A stretch of DNA of 61,990 bases, counting the filler, from Sphacelaria rigidula (lineage: Eukaryota), in the NCBI GenBank assembly GCA_964200075.2. It is 6 parts of 6 records of this genome, joined end to end, with 100 filler letters (N's around TTAATTAATTAA, not from the genome) between each part and the next. Parts side by side here need not be neighbours in the genome. Positions count along the whole stretch, not along the records: positions 31,050 to 41,297 come from CAXNAA020006860.1; positions 41,398 to 51,644 come from CAXNAA020006861.1; 4 more parts are not named here. The stretch is one strand, 5' to 3'. The notes below the pieces were generated by a model. It ran no database searches. It was not told the DNA's origin and saw only the letters and a program-made list of their open reading frames with translations. The translations under genes and the position numbers were made by a program. Of this stretch, positions 38,499 to 50,241 are shown piece by piece (the stretch's first letter is position 1; the number at the start of each line of letters is the position of its first letter).

Positions 38499-41208
38499 GC
38501 CCTTCCTTCCTATCCGTGGAAACTGCATGTATGTATATCGAACTGCATACAGGAAAATGGTATGAGTGTCAGAAAAGCTCAACTGGTGCAATGCAACGTT
38601 CTCGTATCACCAAGAGGCGCAGGGCTCGGCAGAAAGTGTTTTTGTTTTCAACGGGGCGCAACGGGGGCATAACCTACCCCATGTCGATATCGAAAAACTT
38701 GATTCGCGCCGCTGTGGTCGAGAAGGGTTCCCGCATGTAATGCTCTCGGACCGATGGCCTCGGGTGAGCAGTAAAGGCCTCGAACCGGCTGGTCCTTAAG
38801 GGAATGTGCGGCTCATGTACCCTGTATCGTGAATGCGTGAGATGTCGTGCGTAGGTTTCAACCTGTCCTCATCTATAGCACCAGCATTGCAGCAGTAATC
38901 GCGATTTCTTGTTTTTTCCATTCATGGCATGCTGCAGAGTGGGGCACACCGTGCACACGGCTTGAGAGGACACCAAATGACAGCGCCCTTGTGGACGTGT
39001 GAGGTCATGGAGAAGCAGTACAAGCAGCAAGTAAGAGTCCCCGGATACCAACGGCGACGCCGGTGTTCGCCTGCAATGAGGACGCAATGCATGCCATGAG
39101 AGCTGTTGGAAAGAATGGGGGAGTGGCGAAAATTCATGTGCAGGTGATGGAAAGATACGTGAAAGGGGCAGAAGCAGTGTGCGTCCGTGTGTTGCTGCGC
39201 ATTGCGCAGACTAGCTGGTTTGCGGTGGGACAGTCCACACGCTCTTTGTGGGTTGGCAGCTGGAAAGTGGGCCCATGTATACTGCCCTACCCTGGAGGGC
39301 ACGGGTACTATTTCAAGCGCTATTCCGAGACCATAATAGCAGCAGCTTTCGCGCGCTGGGAGAAGCCACGACAAACTATCATGCGGTAAGCATCCCCAGG
39401 TGGTAGTGGTGGTGATTCACGATCGCAATGACTCGCTCAAAAAATGAGAATTGAGGATATCGGGTATACGGTACCGGGCCGATCCTTGAAACGTCTACTC
39501 TTCCGATGAAAAGCTGGTAGTTCTCACGTACTTTCTACGATTTTGCGGCATATGTTGTTGCTCTATTTGAATAACCTCAGTCGGTTATTGAAAGGTGGGT
39601 AATGCAATGCTTTCTCTAGGTACTATTCGGTTTATCGTTTATTCTCGCCATACCTTTACGTACGTTTCGATAGTGGTTGGGTCATGTCGTGTTGGAGTTG
39701 TGACAACCGGTACTATCCCCTAGTTTGGCTATCCTTTTCACGGTAGAGGGTTGAATGAAGTCTCTGTGGTTTTGGTGTGAGCAGTTTGGGTTATGCAGAT
39801 GATTTATTGCCGATGGTGAAAACTTTCTTCACCTACGCAGCTTCTTTCTGAAATTCTGAAGCTATTTATCCAATGCTATTCACCCCCCGCCGCCCTTCCC
39901 ACCCCTCCACCCAGCGCGATGTTCGAACTGAAATCGTCAGTTGAAAGTTGACTTTTGATTTGATTGATGATTGATTGTCGCACTTTAACTGATCCCCCAG
40001 GGGTCCAGCTGCGGTCTCAAGAGAGACGTACCCAAGTAAAACGAAACTGAAATACGCTCTGAGAAAAAGAAGGAACAGAAAAAAAAAGGAAGAGGAGTCG
40101 AACAAAACGATATAGCTCGTGACGAAAAAAAAAGTAATGAAAAAGTCAACACAAGCAAAGCACAGAAAGAAATGGCCGACCTGAATGTATCGCGGATAGT
40201 CTTCAGGCTGAAGGTGGTCGGAATGACGAACGTTATCGCTGCTTAGGTGGGAAGACAACGCCTTTTATTCTACGGGGGTAGTGCTTCTCTGGCATGTATT
40301 CTAACGTTCAGTAATCAAGCAATTCGGCCCTACGCGGGCCCGGAGGTAATTTTGACGCCTTCTGTACATCCTCCTTACACCTCGCTCCTCGTCCCTCTTA
40401 CTTTTCAATATTGTTTCTTTTTGCGACGTTTTTTTCGCGCTTCACGTTTCCGCGACTTTGTTGCTGTTGATCGCCGTAATCGGGGCGGGATCGGACTCCG
40501 GGGTATGTTGCGGTTGGCCAGCAATATCATTACGTGTGATACTCCTGCGTTCGCTGATCGCTACTCCCGTTTTTGGTCGTGCGTTTGGTCATCGCAGAGC
40601 GCTTTGTCCGAGCTGCAGTAGGGCGTGGGGTGACCGAACATTCTGCTGAGGCCCTGCAAATATCTTTGTCCGCGGATTGAGGGGGAGGTGGGACAAACGA
40701 CGACGGCGTGATGCCCGGCTACGGTATCTCATTCAACGTCTGGCGAGAGTCGAAGGTTGGTGGACCTCGTCCATACTCCTGTTGGAATAGCGGGATGTTC
40801 CTCGGACCCGATGAACCTCACGAGGGAAATTCACAACGAGCAGTGCCGCAACAAGTACGCCGAGCTCAGCAGTTGTCGGCAATTGCCCGGGGCGAACCTG
40901 AACGTGCACGAAGCACCACTCCAAGCTTCCAAACATTTTTGCTAACCTCACTGGTATGACTTTCGACGCGTTCACGTTCGCCACGATCTTGCTGAACGAG
41001 TTGGAGAACGAACGCCTTCATCAACCGGCGCTCATCAGACTTGATGCTTGGACGCACCAAGAATCACGCCACCCATAGTCAGACAGCTTGCTGCAATGAA
41101 CTGTGGACCTATGAGAGATGCTTTTGTAGTTCGCCCGTGATGAGATCTTCTGACGCATATGGCAAAATGTGCATTACACACCTCTACACTCGCTAGGATA
41201 GCCTCGCG

Positions 41209-41245
<37 letters not shown>

Positions 41246-41297
41246 CGAGGGGGGGGGGGGGGGCGGTTGGTAGGGCACGGTATTACCCGCAACAGAT

Positions 41298-41397
41298 NNN
41301 NNNNNNNNNNNNNNNNNNNNNNNNNNNNNNNNNNNNNNNNNTTAATTAATTAANNNNNNNNNNNNNNNNNNNNNNNNNNNNNNNNNNNNNNNNNNNN
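41298..41397. other. Artificial contig linker
   Basis: Same spacer. Confidence 0.98.
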
Positions 41398-41936
41398 AGA
41401 CCGTCGTCACGGAGTCTGCCGCGCCAGCCCCGACCGGAGCCACCACCAGCACCACCACCACGGAGACCACCTACATCACCGACACCACCACATACGGCGG
41501 CGCTGACAGCACGGTCGAGACTCGCGTGACCGAGCAGGACTCCGCCGTCCCAGTGAGCGACGACTCGCGGCCGGCGACCGCTGCTGTGGTGACGGAGACC
41601 GTCGTCACGGAGTCTGCCGCGCCAGCCCCGACCGGAGCCACCACCAGCACCACCACCACGGAGACCACCTACATCACCGACACCACCACATACGGCGGCG
41701 CTGACAGCACGGTCGAGACTCGCGTGACCGAGCAGGACTCCGCCGTCCCAGTGAGCGACGACTCGCGGCCGGCGACCGCTGCTGTGGTGACGGAGACCGT
41801 CGTCACGGAGTCTGCCGCGCCCGCCCCGACCGGAGCCACCACCAGCACCACCACCACGGAGACCACCTACATCACCGACACCACCACATACGGCGGCGCT
41901 GACAGCACGGTCGAGACTCGCGTGACCGAGCAGGAC
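41398..41936 (+). repeat. Coding tandem repeat, 198-bp (66-aa) unit, at least 2.7 near-identical copies
   Basis: Units start at 41400, 41598 and 41796; I see only one substitution; the array runs into the contig gap. Confidence 0.95.
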
Positions 41937-42566
41937 GATGTGTTTGCCGGTGGAAAGTTTCAGTTGATAGCTGCTCGCATGCAGGATGGGAACGTTCCAC
42001 AGCTGGTATCTACGTTCGAGAGCCATTGCTCCAACTGCCTCGAGACGCAGCAGTATAGGTTATCGGCGGAGAAGGAAAATCGTTCGTTGGCTCATCAGCT
42101 GTCAACGCTACGAGAGGAAATGGCCATCCTGGTGCAGCGGCGAGTTCATGTCGAGGGTTCGGCGAAGGAGGACCAGAGTGTGTCAGACAGCATCTCTGAC
42201 CGCGAGGCACGAGGCTCGGGAGGGTGGGGGGGTATTGCCGATGTTGAAAACGTTTGTTCCTTGCCCTCTCAGCTGTCGGTGCTGGAGCAGGAGAATTCTA
42301 CCCTCGTCCGGCAACGAACAGAGGCGGAGGCTTCAACTAGGGAGAGCCATCTGATGGTGGAACAGATAGCCGGGCGTGAAGCGCAAGGCTCGGCGGGGCA
42401 GCAAGACAGGGCCTCCACGGGTGGCGGCGGTCGATCGTTGGCTCAGCAGTTGTGGGTCCTGAAGGAGGAGAACGCCAACTTGGTGCGGCAGCTTGAGGAG
42501 GCCGCGGCGACGGCTGAGGAGAAGCGTACTTGCGCTGACGCGAGGATAGTCGAGCTCCAAGAACAG
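41398..42566 (+). CDS. Unknown repeat/coiled-coil/RRM-like/His-rich protein, exon A (5'-truncated): Thr-rich repeats then coiled coil
   Basis: About 390 codons open with strong GC3 bias in the repeats; ends ...ARIVELQEQ at donor GTTTGT. Confidence 0.8.
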
Positions 42567-42885
42567 GTTTGTTTACAGCAGTGAATGACAAACTGTCGTT
42601 TGCTGGCGTTCAAATATCCGTCAACATGCTCGTATAGTACGTGAGCAGGCGTGCGCCGGATTTTCGCCTGCGGGTGGTACATTGTTTCGTTTATGATATT
42701 TTAGCAGAGTTGGAGCGTCAAATTTAAGCGTCGAACAAACGCTGACACCTTTGATGGCCTCCGCGGGGTGCATGGGTTCGTAGTCGTGTGTTGAAATAAT
42801 AGAAAGCAAGACAATCCAAGAGTATAGCTTCTGCGCCACGCATCCTCACACCGAAGTTTCGCACTCCCGAAAACAACCGAATCAG

Positions 42886-43071
42886 GTTGCCAGGCTGTCG
42901 ACACAGCATGCGACGGCCGCTGAGGGTGTTTCCCGTCAAGTTTCCGCGTTCGAGGCACTCGAGGGTCAGCTATTGGTTCTCGAACAGGGCACGACTGCTG
43001 TGATGCAACAGAGGGTGGAGATGGAGGTTCGCGTGGCCTTCGACAAGATGCTACGCGATCTTCAGCTGCAG
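42886..43071 (+). CDS. Same gene, exon B (coiled coil)
   Basis: CAG acceptor; VARLSTQHATAAEGVSRQVSAFEALEGQLLVLEQGTTAVMQQRVEMEVRVAFDKMLRDLQLQ; donor GTGTGT; phase 0-0. Confidence 0.75.
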
Positions 43072-43979
43072 GTGTGTCTCACGAATGGCAACTTTCGTGC
43101 TTTCTTTGCGTTGCAAGTAGGGGTGTGCTGTGTGAGATGGAGGTGCCCACGAGACGGTGACTACTACAGCGATGCATTGCACGAGGCGCCTCGTACGGAT
43201 CTTAGTTCGTGTCTTTGCACTACTTCTGCTGCTAAAAACGATCAGGCGGTGTACTGCTACGTGGACATGATGGATGTGTTTCTCCCAACCACACATTCAA
43301 CCACTGCCCTTCCTCGGGGTGAATCCGTGAGCTTGAGAGATCAAGCCATCTTTCTCCTGTACACGCCATGCGTCTTGGTCTCGCGGATTGCATCAGTACT
43401 CCCGCATTGCGTCGACTCTGTTCAGACAAACCAAGGCGAACAAGCTCGTTCGTGCTACTCCCGCCCTCTCGCTGTCGAAGGCAGGAATCAGATACTTGGT
43501 AGGAAACTCCCAAACGAATCTGGCCGGAACCGAGGCCGCATTATTCCATCCGCGTCTGTCGGATCATTTTGATCTGGACCACCGGGGTGCAGTGGCCTCC
43601 TTGTTCCATCTAGTGACCGCTAAGGAACACTTGCGAAGATTTTTCCCTATTGCAATCGAAATAGGTTTCAAATGAAGGTATAGTTTACAAAATCGAATAC
43701 TGGAGAGGAAACGTTGTACGAATCACGTCAAACTACTCACCCCCACAAATAGGGTAGCTTCGTACCGCTTCTTGTTTTAACGAGTGCATTTATTTGGGTT
43801 ACTGCAAATGTAGGTCAACGAGCACGAGTGAAATGGTGACAAATCATCGAGAATAAACTCCTTGTTGCAAACGCGGTCATGGGCATTTCCACGCCTTCTT
43901 TCAGCCGGAGAAAACACGCCAACTACTATTTCTCAGGCCCCCAACGACGTTGAACTATCCTGAACAAATGACCACACAG

Positions 43980-44240
43980 GTCGCTAGTCTAGCGGACGCA
44001 CTGGGGATCGAGCGCAGCCAGCAAAAACGCACGCGTCGCATCCTAGAGCAATGGACCACGGAGATGCACCACGTGCACACCCGCGTCACTACCCACACCC
44101 ACATCAGCGGTTCCGACAGTGAACAGGTCGCCGAGGGAGGGGCGGGAGAGTCCGCATTGCAACAGTCGGTTGGGCACGTCAGCTCCGTCCCCACTGACGC
44201 GTCTCCCAACACTGTCCACGTCCAATTCGAGGGTGACCAG
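43980..44240 (+). CDS. Same gene, exon C
   Basis: CAG acceptor; VASLADALGIERSQQKRTRRILEQW...HVQFEGDQ; donor GTAATT; 87 codons, phase 0-0. Confidence 0.75.
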
Positions 44241-44668
44241 GTAATTCCCCATATCATGTGCCTTCACTCGAGGGGGCGCCTACAGTAAAGTTACATGTAG
44301 TTTACACGGGAATTTCACTTGCCTTGAAGTAAAGGTCACCAGCGTTGTGATGGATCTGTGTTGTCAGTGTATAATGCTTGAGACGTGTGCTCCGGTACTT
44401 TGCCGATTTTGAAGGGGCAAGCTGTCTGCCTCAACTCGGGCGACCATAGGAAAAGGTTCCGTCGACTGTGAGTGCGGATAAACAAACGTGGTGTATATTT
44501 CACGTAGTCGAAGTCTAAGCTTGCCTAGGGAAAAAGAGATCTAGCGTGGACATTGGTCCCCGTTGCACAGTTCGGAGACTCTCGACAGAAGACACGAGGG
44601 AGAAGTCGTAGCAACCATGCAGAATAATGCCTGTCGCTCTCCACACGACTCGTGGTCGCCGATTGCAG

Positions 44669-44758
44669 GACCATATCTCTGAGGTGAACGAGGCGATGGT
44701 CAAGAGAATGTTTGCGCAATGGGAGCCTCTCATCGACGTGTCTCCTGGACCACACCAG
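44669..44758 (+). CDS. Same gene, exon D (RRM-like helix 1 and beta 2)
   Basis: TTGCAG acceptor; DHISEVNEAMVKRMFAQWEPLIDVSPGPHQ; donor GTGCGA; phase 0-0. Confidence 0.65.
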
Positions 44759-45549
44759 GTGCGACACTTGAGACTACCGTGTACTACTGTCGGGGAGGAA
44801 CACCAGCGAACAAGCACTGTCTCGTGCGAAGCAATGTGTCTGGGGTGCTCTACCGCGGATCGACGGTGTCAAATGCTGCTGTCGTCGATAATCGGCCAGG
44901 CACGGCCACCCCTTCCCCATTCACAGTACCAGGGTTGAGTACGAGAGTACTACAAGGAACCAGGGTTCACATTTGTCTCGCGAGGGAGGGGTTGGTGAAA
45001 TCACAGTAGTGTTTGTGCGAGAAAACATCACGTCGCACCCATGTGTGGAAATACCGTTGTAATGTGTACGGAACTATACTCAAGTGATTATGGTTTCCCT
45101 TGTGGAATATCAGAAGACGGGTGACAGTATTTATCTTGACACATGTCATCAATTTTGTTCTAGTCGTATGGCCTACAGTTCTACAGAGGGGCAAGTACAA
45201 GGCTACCGAGTAACGTGAAAAACTGAAAGCAGCTACCAATTACTCATGCATGACTCCGTAACTCATACATGACTCCGTGATATATGGGCACCGTAGCTGC
45301 AGCGTCCGCGTCCTTCTCCCGTAAATAGCACGGGTCCGGCAGATGAAGTCGGAGGTGGCAGTTCTTTTACACAAGGTAGTCTCCTACCTAACGAGGGCGA
45401 CCGTTTCTCAAGCACACTCAAAACTCATAAAATTCACCTTCGGGGTGACGCAGAGGCAGAGAGTAGCGGTATGATACAGAGACGATTGGTCGCAAGTCCA
45501 CAGTGAGGATTTGAATGGGGAAAAGCTGGGAACACAAACTTCCCTCCCC

Positions 45550-46036
45550 CTCCCTTCGAGAGTTGGCGTCGGCTGGCAAGGACGCTGTAAAACATGCCAC
45601 TCCTTTCGTGAAAGCAAGGCAACCAAGTTACCTTTATTTTTCTGCTTGCGTGATAGCGGTGGAGGTGAAAAATATTGTGCGGTGGAGAACTCCAGTTCCG
45701 CGCGAAGGATGTGATCGTACTACGTAGAGTTTAAGTGGTCAGATATCCATGAGGCAGAGGAACCGGTGGCTGTCTGAACGCGGCGATATCAGAACATAGC
45801 GCAACTCGTTATAGGCTGTCATCCATATGCAAGATAACTAGTACGCTCCGGGTCATAGTAGGATGAAGCTCACCCTTCATGCGACCCACGGAACACGTCA
45901 CAACGCTCCCCGCTGGGTGATTGCGTACCTGGTCTGGCAAAACCCGGCGTGCTCAAACCCGGTTTTGAAGAGATGCAAGGTGAACGGTCTTCTGGCTACG
46001 GCAGCGCAAGATCATGAGTACACCCCCCTCCCCCCT
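45550..46036 (+). repeat. Dispersed repeat family A copy inside an intron
   Basis: Collinear with 37985-38498. Confidence 0.9.
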
Positions 46037-46285
46037 TTCATACTCAGCGAAGTTGTGGCATACGCTGTACTCGCTGGGTGCCGAACGCTTTCCGTCTTTC
46101 GGCTATGCAAATATTTGTGGGTTCCCCACAAACGGTAGAGGATGTGACTACATTCGTAGTTGATGCCCCTCGTGGTGTGTCGTTGGTGCTATTCGGCCTC
46201 ATGACTGAGCCTTAACTTGCCCCATTTTGCTTTTGGTGGTGAATCTGGTGCTGTCAACCATTGCTTGTTATACGCTGAACCGCAG

Positions 46286-46393
46286 CTGCCGCGGTGCTGG
46301 GCGTACGTCCACTTCCCAAACACCGCCGAAGGCGAGCGCGCCGCGAGGGACGCCATCCAAACCCTTGATGGCTCCATCACATCAGAGATGAAG
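46286..46393 (+). CDS. Same gene, exon E (RRM-like RNP1 and helix 2)
   Basis: CCGCAG acceptor; LPRCWAYVHFPNTAEGERAARDAIQTLDGSITSEMK; donor GTACAG. CWAYVHF resembles RNP1 (GxAFVxF) and AIxxLDG the RRM helix-2 end. Confidence 0.7.
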
Positions 46394-46581
46394 GTACAGA
46401 AACTACAGTAATTTTTGAATTGGAGAGGTTGGAGCAAGTGTAGCGGAAACTGTCACTCCCACCTCTACGCCGTCAGAAAACCTCCTCTTGAGATACGTTG
46501 TGGGCTGCGCTATTTTGGTACGTCGCCTATCGCTTCGCGCTCTAAAAAAATAGTTCTTCACCCGTATGCCGATGTTTGCAG

Positions 46582-46608
46582 ATTGCAAGTGCACATGTCG
46601 TGGTCAAG
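46582..46608 (+). CDS. Same gene, putative 27-nt micro-exon F (RRM-like beta 4)
   Basis: TTTGCAG acceptor; IASAHVVVK; donor GTATCC; phase 0-0. Confidence 0.45.
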
Positions 46609-46855
46609 GTATCCGCGTGGTTCCCTACAGTAAGGTTGGCATATCGCGTTTATTTCCGCGTTTTCCTCGTGGACTTTTTGCCGTGCCGTTTGCATACCTC
46701 CCAGATACAGTCTTACCTTTGATGTGCCGACTTGTTTACCTCGCCCGAGTGCTGCTACCCGCGAAAATACACAGCGTGTGCTACGCGCCAACCTCCAGAC
46801 ACGTAACTTCACTGATCACTTGAAATAAAAATCACCGCAAACACCGCGACAACAG

Positions 46856-47833
46856 GTACACTGCGTCCTGGACGCTAGCGGCGTTAGCACCGATGACGAC
46901 GATAGCGATGATATCGACGATCTCGGCAACGACAGTGGTGACGACAGCGGCAGCGGTGGTGGCGGCGGCGGCGGTGGTGGTAAAGATCCCAGGCAGAAGC
47001 AGCGCAGTCACGGTGGGAGCAACACTTCCAATCGTAGCCAGAGCCAATCATCATCGACGAGGCGTACCTCCCCCGGTGGAGGTGGCCAGCACGGCAGTGG
47101 AGGAAACCACCGCGGCGGTAGTCACCATGGTGGGCGTGATAGGCACGGCGGCCGCCGGGTAGCACTGTACGGGCACTCGACGTTTGGGCACGGACACGAC
47201 TACTTCCAACGGCGCGATGGTCGCGGGTACACACATAGACACGCTCGAAGGCACGGACACCACGAGTATGGACACAGCACGCACCACGGCCATCAAGCAC
47301 ACGACGTTCATGAAGTACGCCACGGACGCCAAGCGCACCACGGACACCAAGCACACCACGGACACCAAGCACACCACGGTCACCAAGCACATCGCCGCCA
47401 CCAAGCACACCATGGTCACCAACCACACCACAGTCACCAACCACACCATAGACATGAAACACACCACCACCACCAAGAGCACCATGACTTGAAGCGGCGA
47501 CCGGTGGCGTCATACGTGGAGTCTACAGAGATACGTCACGTCCAAGGCGCCGCCAGGGGTAGCGGTAGCGGCAGTGGATCGGGTGAGCATGCTCGTCATG
47601 CTGCCGTCGCTGTCCAAAAACGCCACGCTACTGGTGAGGAAGGCGAACACGGGCATCAGCGTGGCGCTGCTTCGGCAATGCCAGGCGCGGAGGGAGCGGG
47701 GGAAGCAGCGGCTACTCACACGCCTCCCGGTGGACGTCCGGCTTCCACGAGCGCCACTCACAGGAGGTTGACCTATGCGGCGGCGGTCAGACACCGTGGT
47801 CCTCGCTGGGAGCAACCAAGCTGGAAGCCGTGA
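46856..47833 (+). CDS. Same gene, terminal exon G: acidic, poly-Gly, then His-rich (HHGHQA)n low-complexity tail
   Basis: AACAG acceptor; 326 codons open (VHCVLDASGVSTDDDDSDD...GGGGGGGGG...HHGHQAHHGHQAHHGHQA...WEQPSWKP*). In frame with the listed ORF 47489-47833, which is only its tail. Confidence 0.8.
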   Translation, partial: VHCVLDASGVSTDDDDSDDIDDLGNDSGDDSGSGGGGGGGGGKDPRQKQRSHGGSNTSNRSQSQSSSTRRTSPGGGGQHGSGGNHRGGSHHGGRDRHGGRRVALYGHSTFGHGHDYFQRRDGRGYTHRHARRHGHHEYGHSTHHGHQAHDVHEVRHGRQAHHGHQAHHGHQAHHGHQAHRRHQAHHGHQPHHSHQPHHRHETHHHHQEHHDLKRRPVASYVESTEIRHVQGAARGSGSGSGSGEHARHAAVAVQKRHATGEEGEHGHQRGAASAMPGAEGAGEAAATHTPPGGRPASTSATHRRLTYAAAVRHRGPRWEQPSWKP

Positions 47834-49758
47834 GGCAATGATGGGGGCGTATACGTGTCATGAAGGGGTAACGGTGTGTTCATGATGAACCAATTGGTTG
47901 GTGAACGGTACATATGTTTTTGTTACTTTTCGTTGTCAATGAACTCATCAGCCAGCCTACGGCAGAGGAGACAATTACTCGCGAGACGACAAAGTGACTG
48001 AGCTGATTTTGGAGAGGGCGACACGTGTCGTGCGTTGCTCGGCGGACAACGGACATCCGGTTGGCCCTGTAGTCTTTTGTATGTCATCATTTGTGTTTTT
48101 CCAGTTCTCTTCTCTGCACTGCATCGTTCAAGATGCGTTTTGCTGAGATTGGCTGCATTCTGCTTCGGCGAAGTACACTCGCATCCTTTGGGCAGCCACG
48201 GCCCCAACGCGAGGGAACAGATTGATTTGTATGTGGGCGTGTTTTCTTGTGTCTACGGAGATGCTACATTTGAAGTTATGAATTGTGGGAGAGTGCGGCT
48301 CCGCTGCAATTTGTCGTAGAGTCGCCACGGGATATTCCCGGTTCAACGCTCAGGGCTGTCGATGCCTCGTTCTTTGTTGTTCGAGTTTTTCGTGCATGAA
48401 TCGGATGTTCCTCGAGCTCCGTTTATTCTCGACAAGAGGCAGGGTGAACACCAGCGAGGCACGTTTCAGACACGGTATTTCGTAGAATGTCGAGTGTCTT
48501 TTCTTTTTTCTTTTTTCTTTTTCCTTTTTCCTCTTTCCTTTTTTTAGTTTGCTCCGTTCGTCTGATTACCTCTTGTGTTCACTTTTATTCAATGAGTGTT
48601 TCAGATTTGTTTTGACTCCGGGACGTTTATCATGTGACCCCGCTTGGATCCCTGGGGGGTCAGTTGAGGCTTTAATGCCATCCAGTTCGTTCGGCGGAAG
48701 CTTAGCTTGCGTGTTTTTTTACGATTTGACTGCTTAAGGGGAGTAAGCACTGAGCGGTATCAACATGTCGCCTGTGAGAACATTAACAATGATCGGGTAA
48801 GGTTTCTAGGAGTGTCCTCCCCTGTATCATGTTGGCGGTGGGGGTAATTGCGGCATTACATGGCGGTTTCCCGCATGTCGGGGTAGTATAGGGCCCTTCT
48901 GTTTCTTCTGCTCGCGAGCTTCTGCTGAGCGGTGGCTCTTGCCTGTCTTTATTTTGTTGTGCATGTTTTCGCGGAAATATTCCAAGGTGGAGATCCAGAT
49001 ATTGGCCTTGATCCGATTGCTTCACCGGAAGACGCACACGATGATGTGTATGTTGGCAGCGCGCGGGTTTTTTTGCTTGCAGCTGCTGGATTCGTACGAG
49101 TTGATTCGGCGGGGAAGGCGTCAAGATTCGTTGTCTGAGGCGGTAGGGCTTTTCAGTCATCTTAAACTGATCGTCAATGTTTTGGGCTCTTCTCTTGAGG
49201 TGGATGGGGGTGGGGTGGGGGGGTCACTATCATTCAACAAACAAAGAACGACGGTATATCTCGCGAGTAGTGCACGAACGCCTCTCCGTATTTTCACCGT
49301 GGTAGTTCCCATAAAAAAAAAGGGTAACATCATGTCGCGTTGTATGGGGCGACCGCGCGTTGAAGGTTTACCTGCTGTTGTTGTACATTTGCGTCAAGGA
49401 TCTTGGCGGTTGCATAACTTTACCTTTTTTTTTTGTTATACATGTGTGTTTCCTTCGTGGATCATGGTGCGGCTGGGCATTGTCTCGCCTCTACGTGTTT
49501 TGGCCTTGACGCGTTTCGCTGTTTTCCGGGTTACGCTACAATGTCATCATGCCTCGCTTCTATTTCTGCTTGGAAGATGCGTGTGGTTGGGGGCGTTGCT
49601 TTTCGCCTGCAGTGGCAGACGCTTTGTCGGCACAATGTCGCTGTTCGCATCAATCGATCGATCCATTGATACGCCAGACGTGGACACGACATTTACGTGC
49701 TGACCTTTTATGTTTCGTAGTTGGTTCACTCTGACTGGCCGCATTTTTCGAACGCGGC

Positions 49759-50241
49759 CTAAGTCATGACGTTGGGAATTATTTCTCTTTTGGAGCGAGT
49801 ATCGGCTCGGGAGCACGTGGTGTATAAACGGGGGGCGGTCACCCGGCCCAGCGTGGTTCCGGGCGCCCTCAATACGTAGATGAGCGTAGGAGGATAAAGT
49901 GGCCGTTTCCTGTGCTTTTTGATGGTATGGTATCTCGAGTAGTACTTGGTTGATTTTGTCTCTTCGATTATGCACAATCTACGTTTGTGCACGTTCCATA
50001 TGTCGCTGGTAGATTTGATGGCACGTTCCACCCCGGGGACAAACGGATTGTGGTGTCTTCGCCAACTCAACACTTGTCTCCGCCGGAACATTTGTAGTGA
50101 TTTGTGGGGGACGTTCACCGGGTTTGTTTGTAGGTTGAGTATGTTTTGGGCCGTTCTTGATTGGGCGAAGACGTTGCGATGGAGAGTTGATCGAGTGTCC
50201 TCCACTCGAATTATTCGCAGAGACTGCGACTGCTGCTTCAT
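49759..50241 (-). pseudogene. Possible decayed non-LTR retrotransposon restriction-like endonuclease (RLE) fragment
   Basis: RRHHN...SDIWNVHKRRLCIIEETK...KKHRKRPLYPPTL loosely follows the RH / PD..E / KxxxY order of RLE domains. Motif-level resemblance only. Confidence 0.3.

Noticed and set aside
39063-39389. 108-aa ORF ending at a GTAAG donor-like site
   Set aside because: No recognisable motif or partner exons; cannot be supported as a gene without a homology search.
41159-41297. Poly-Gly/poly-Pro ORFs
   Set aside because: G homopolymer next to the gap, probably a degraded read end.
46884-47513. Alternative ORFs over the 18-bp repeat (GVLGDR, VCLV and KHTT frames)
   Set aside because: Shadow frames of the His-rich exon, which alone has a matching splice acceptor and stays open for 326 codons.
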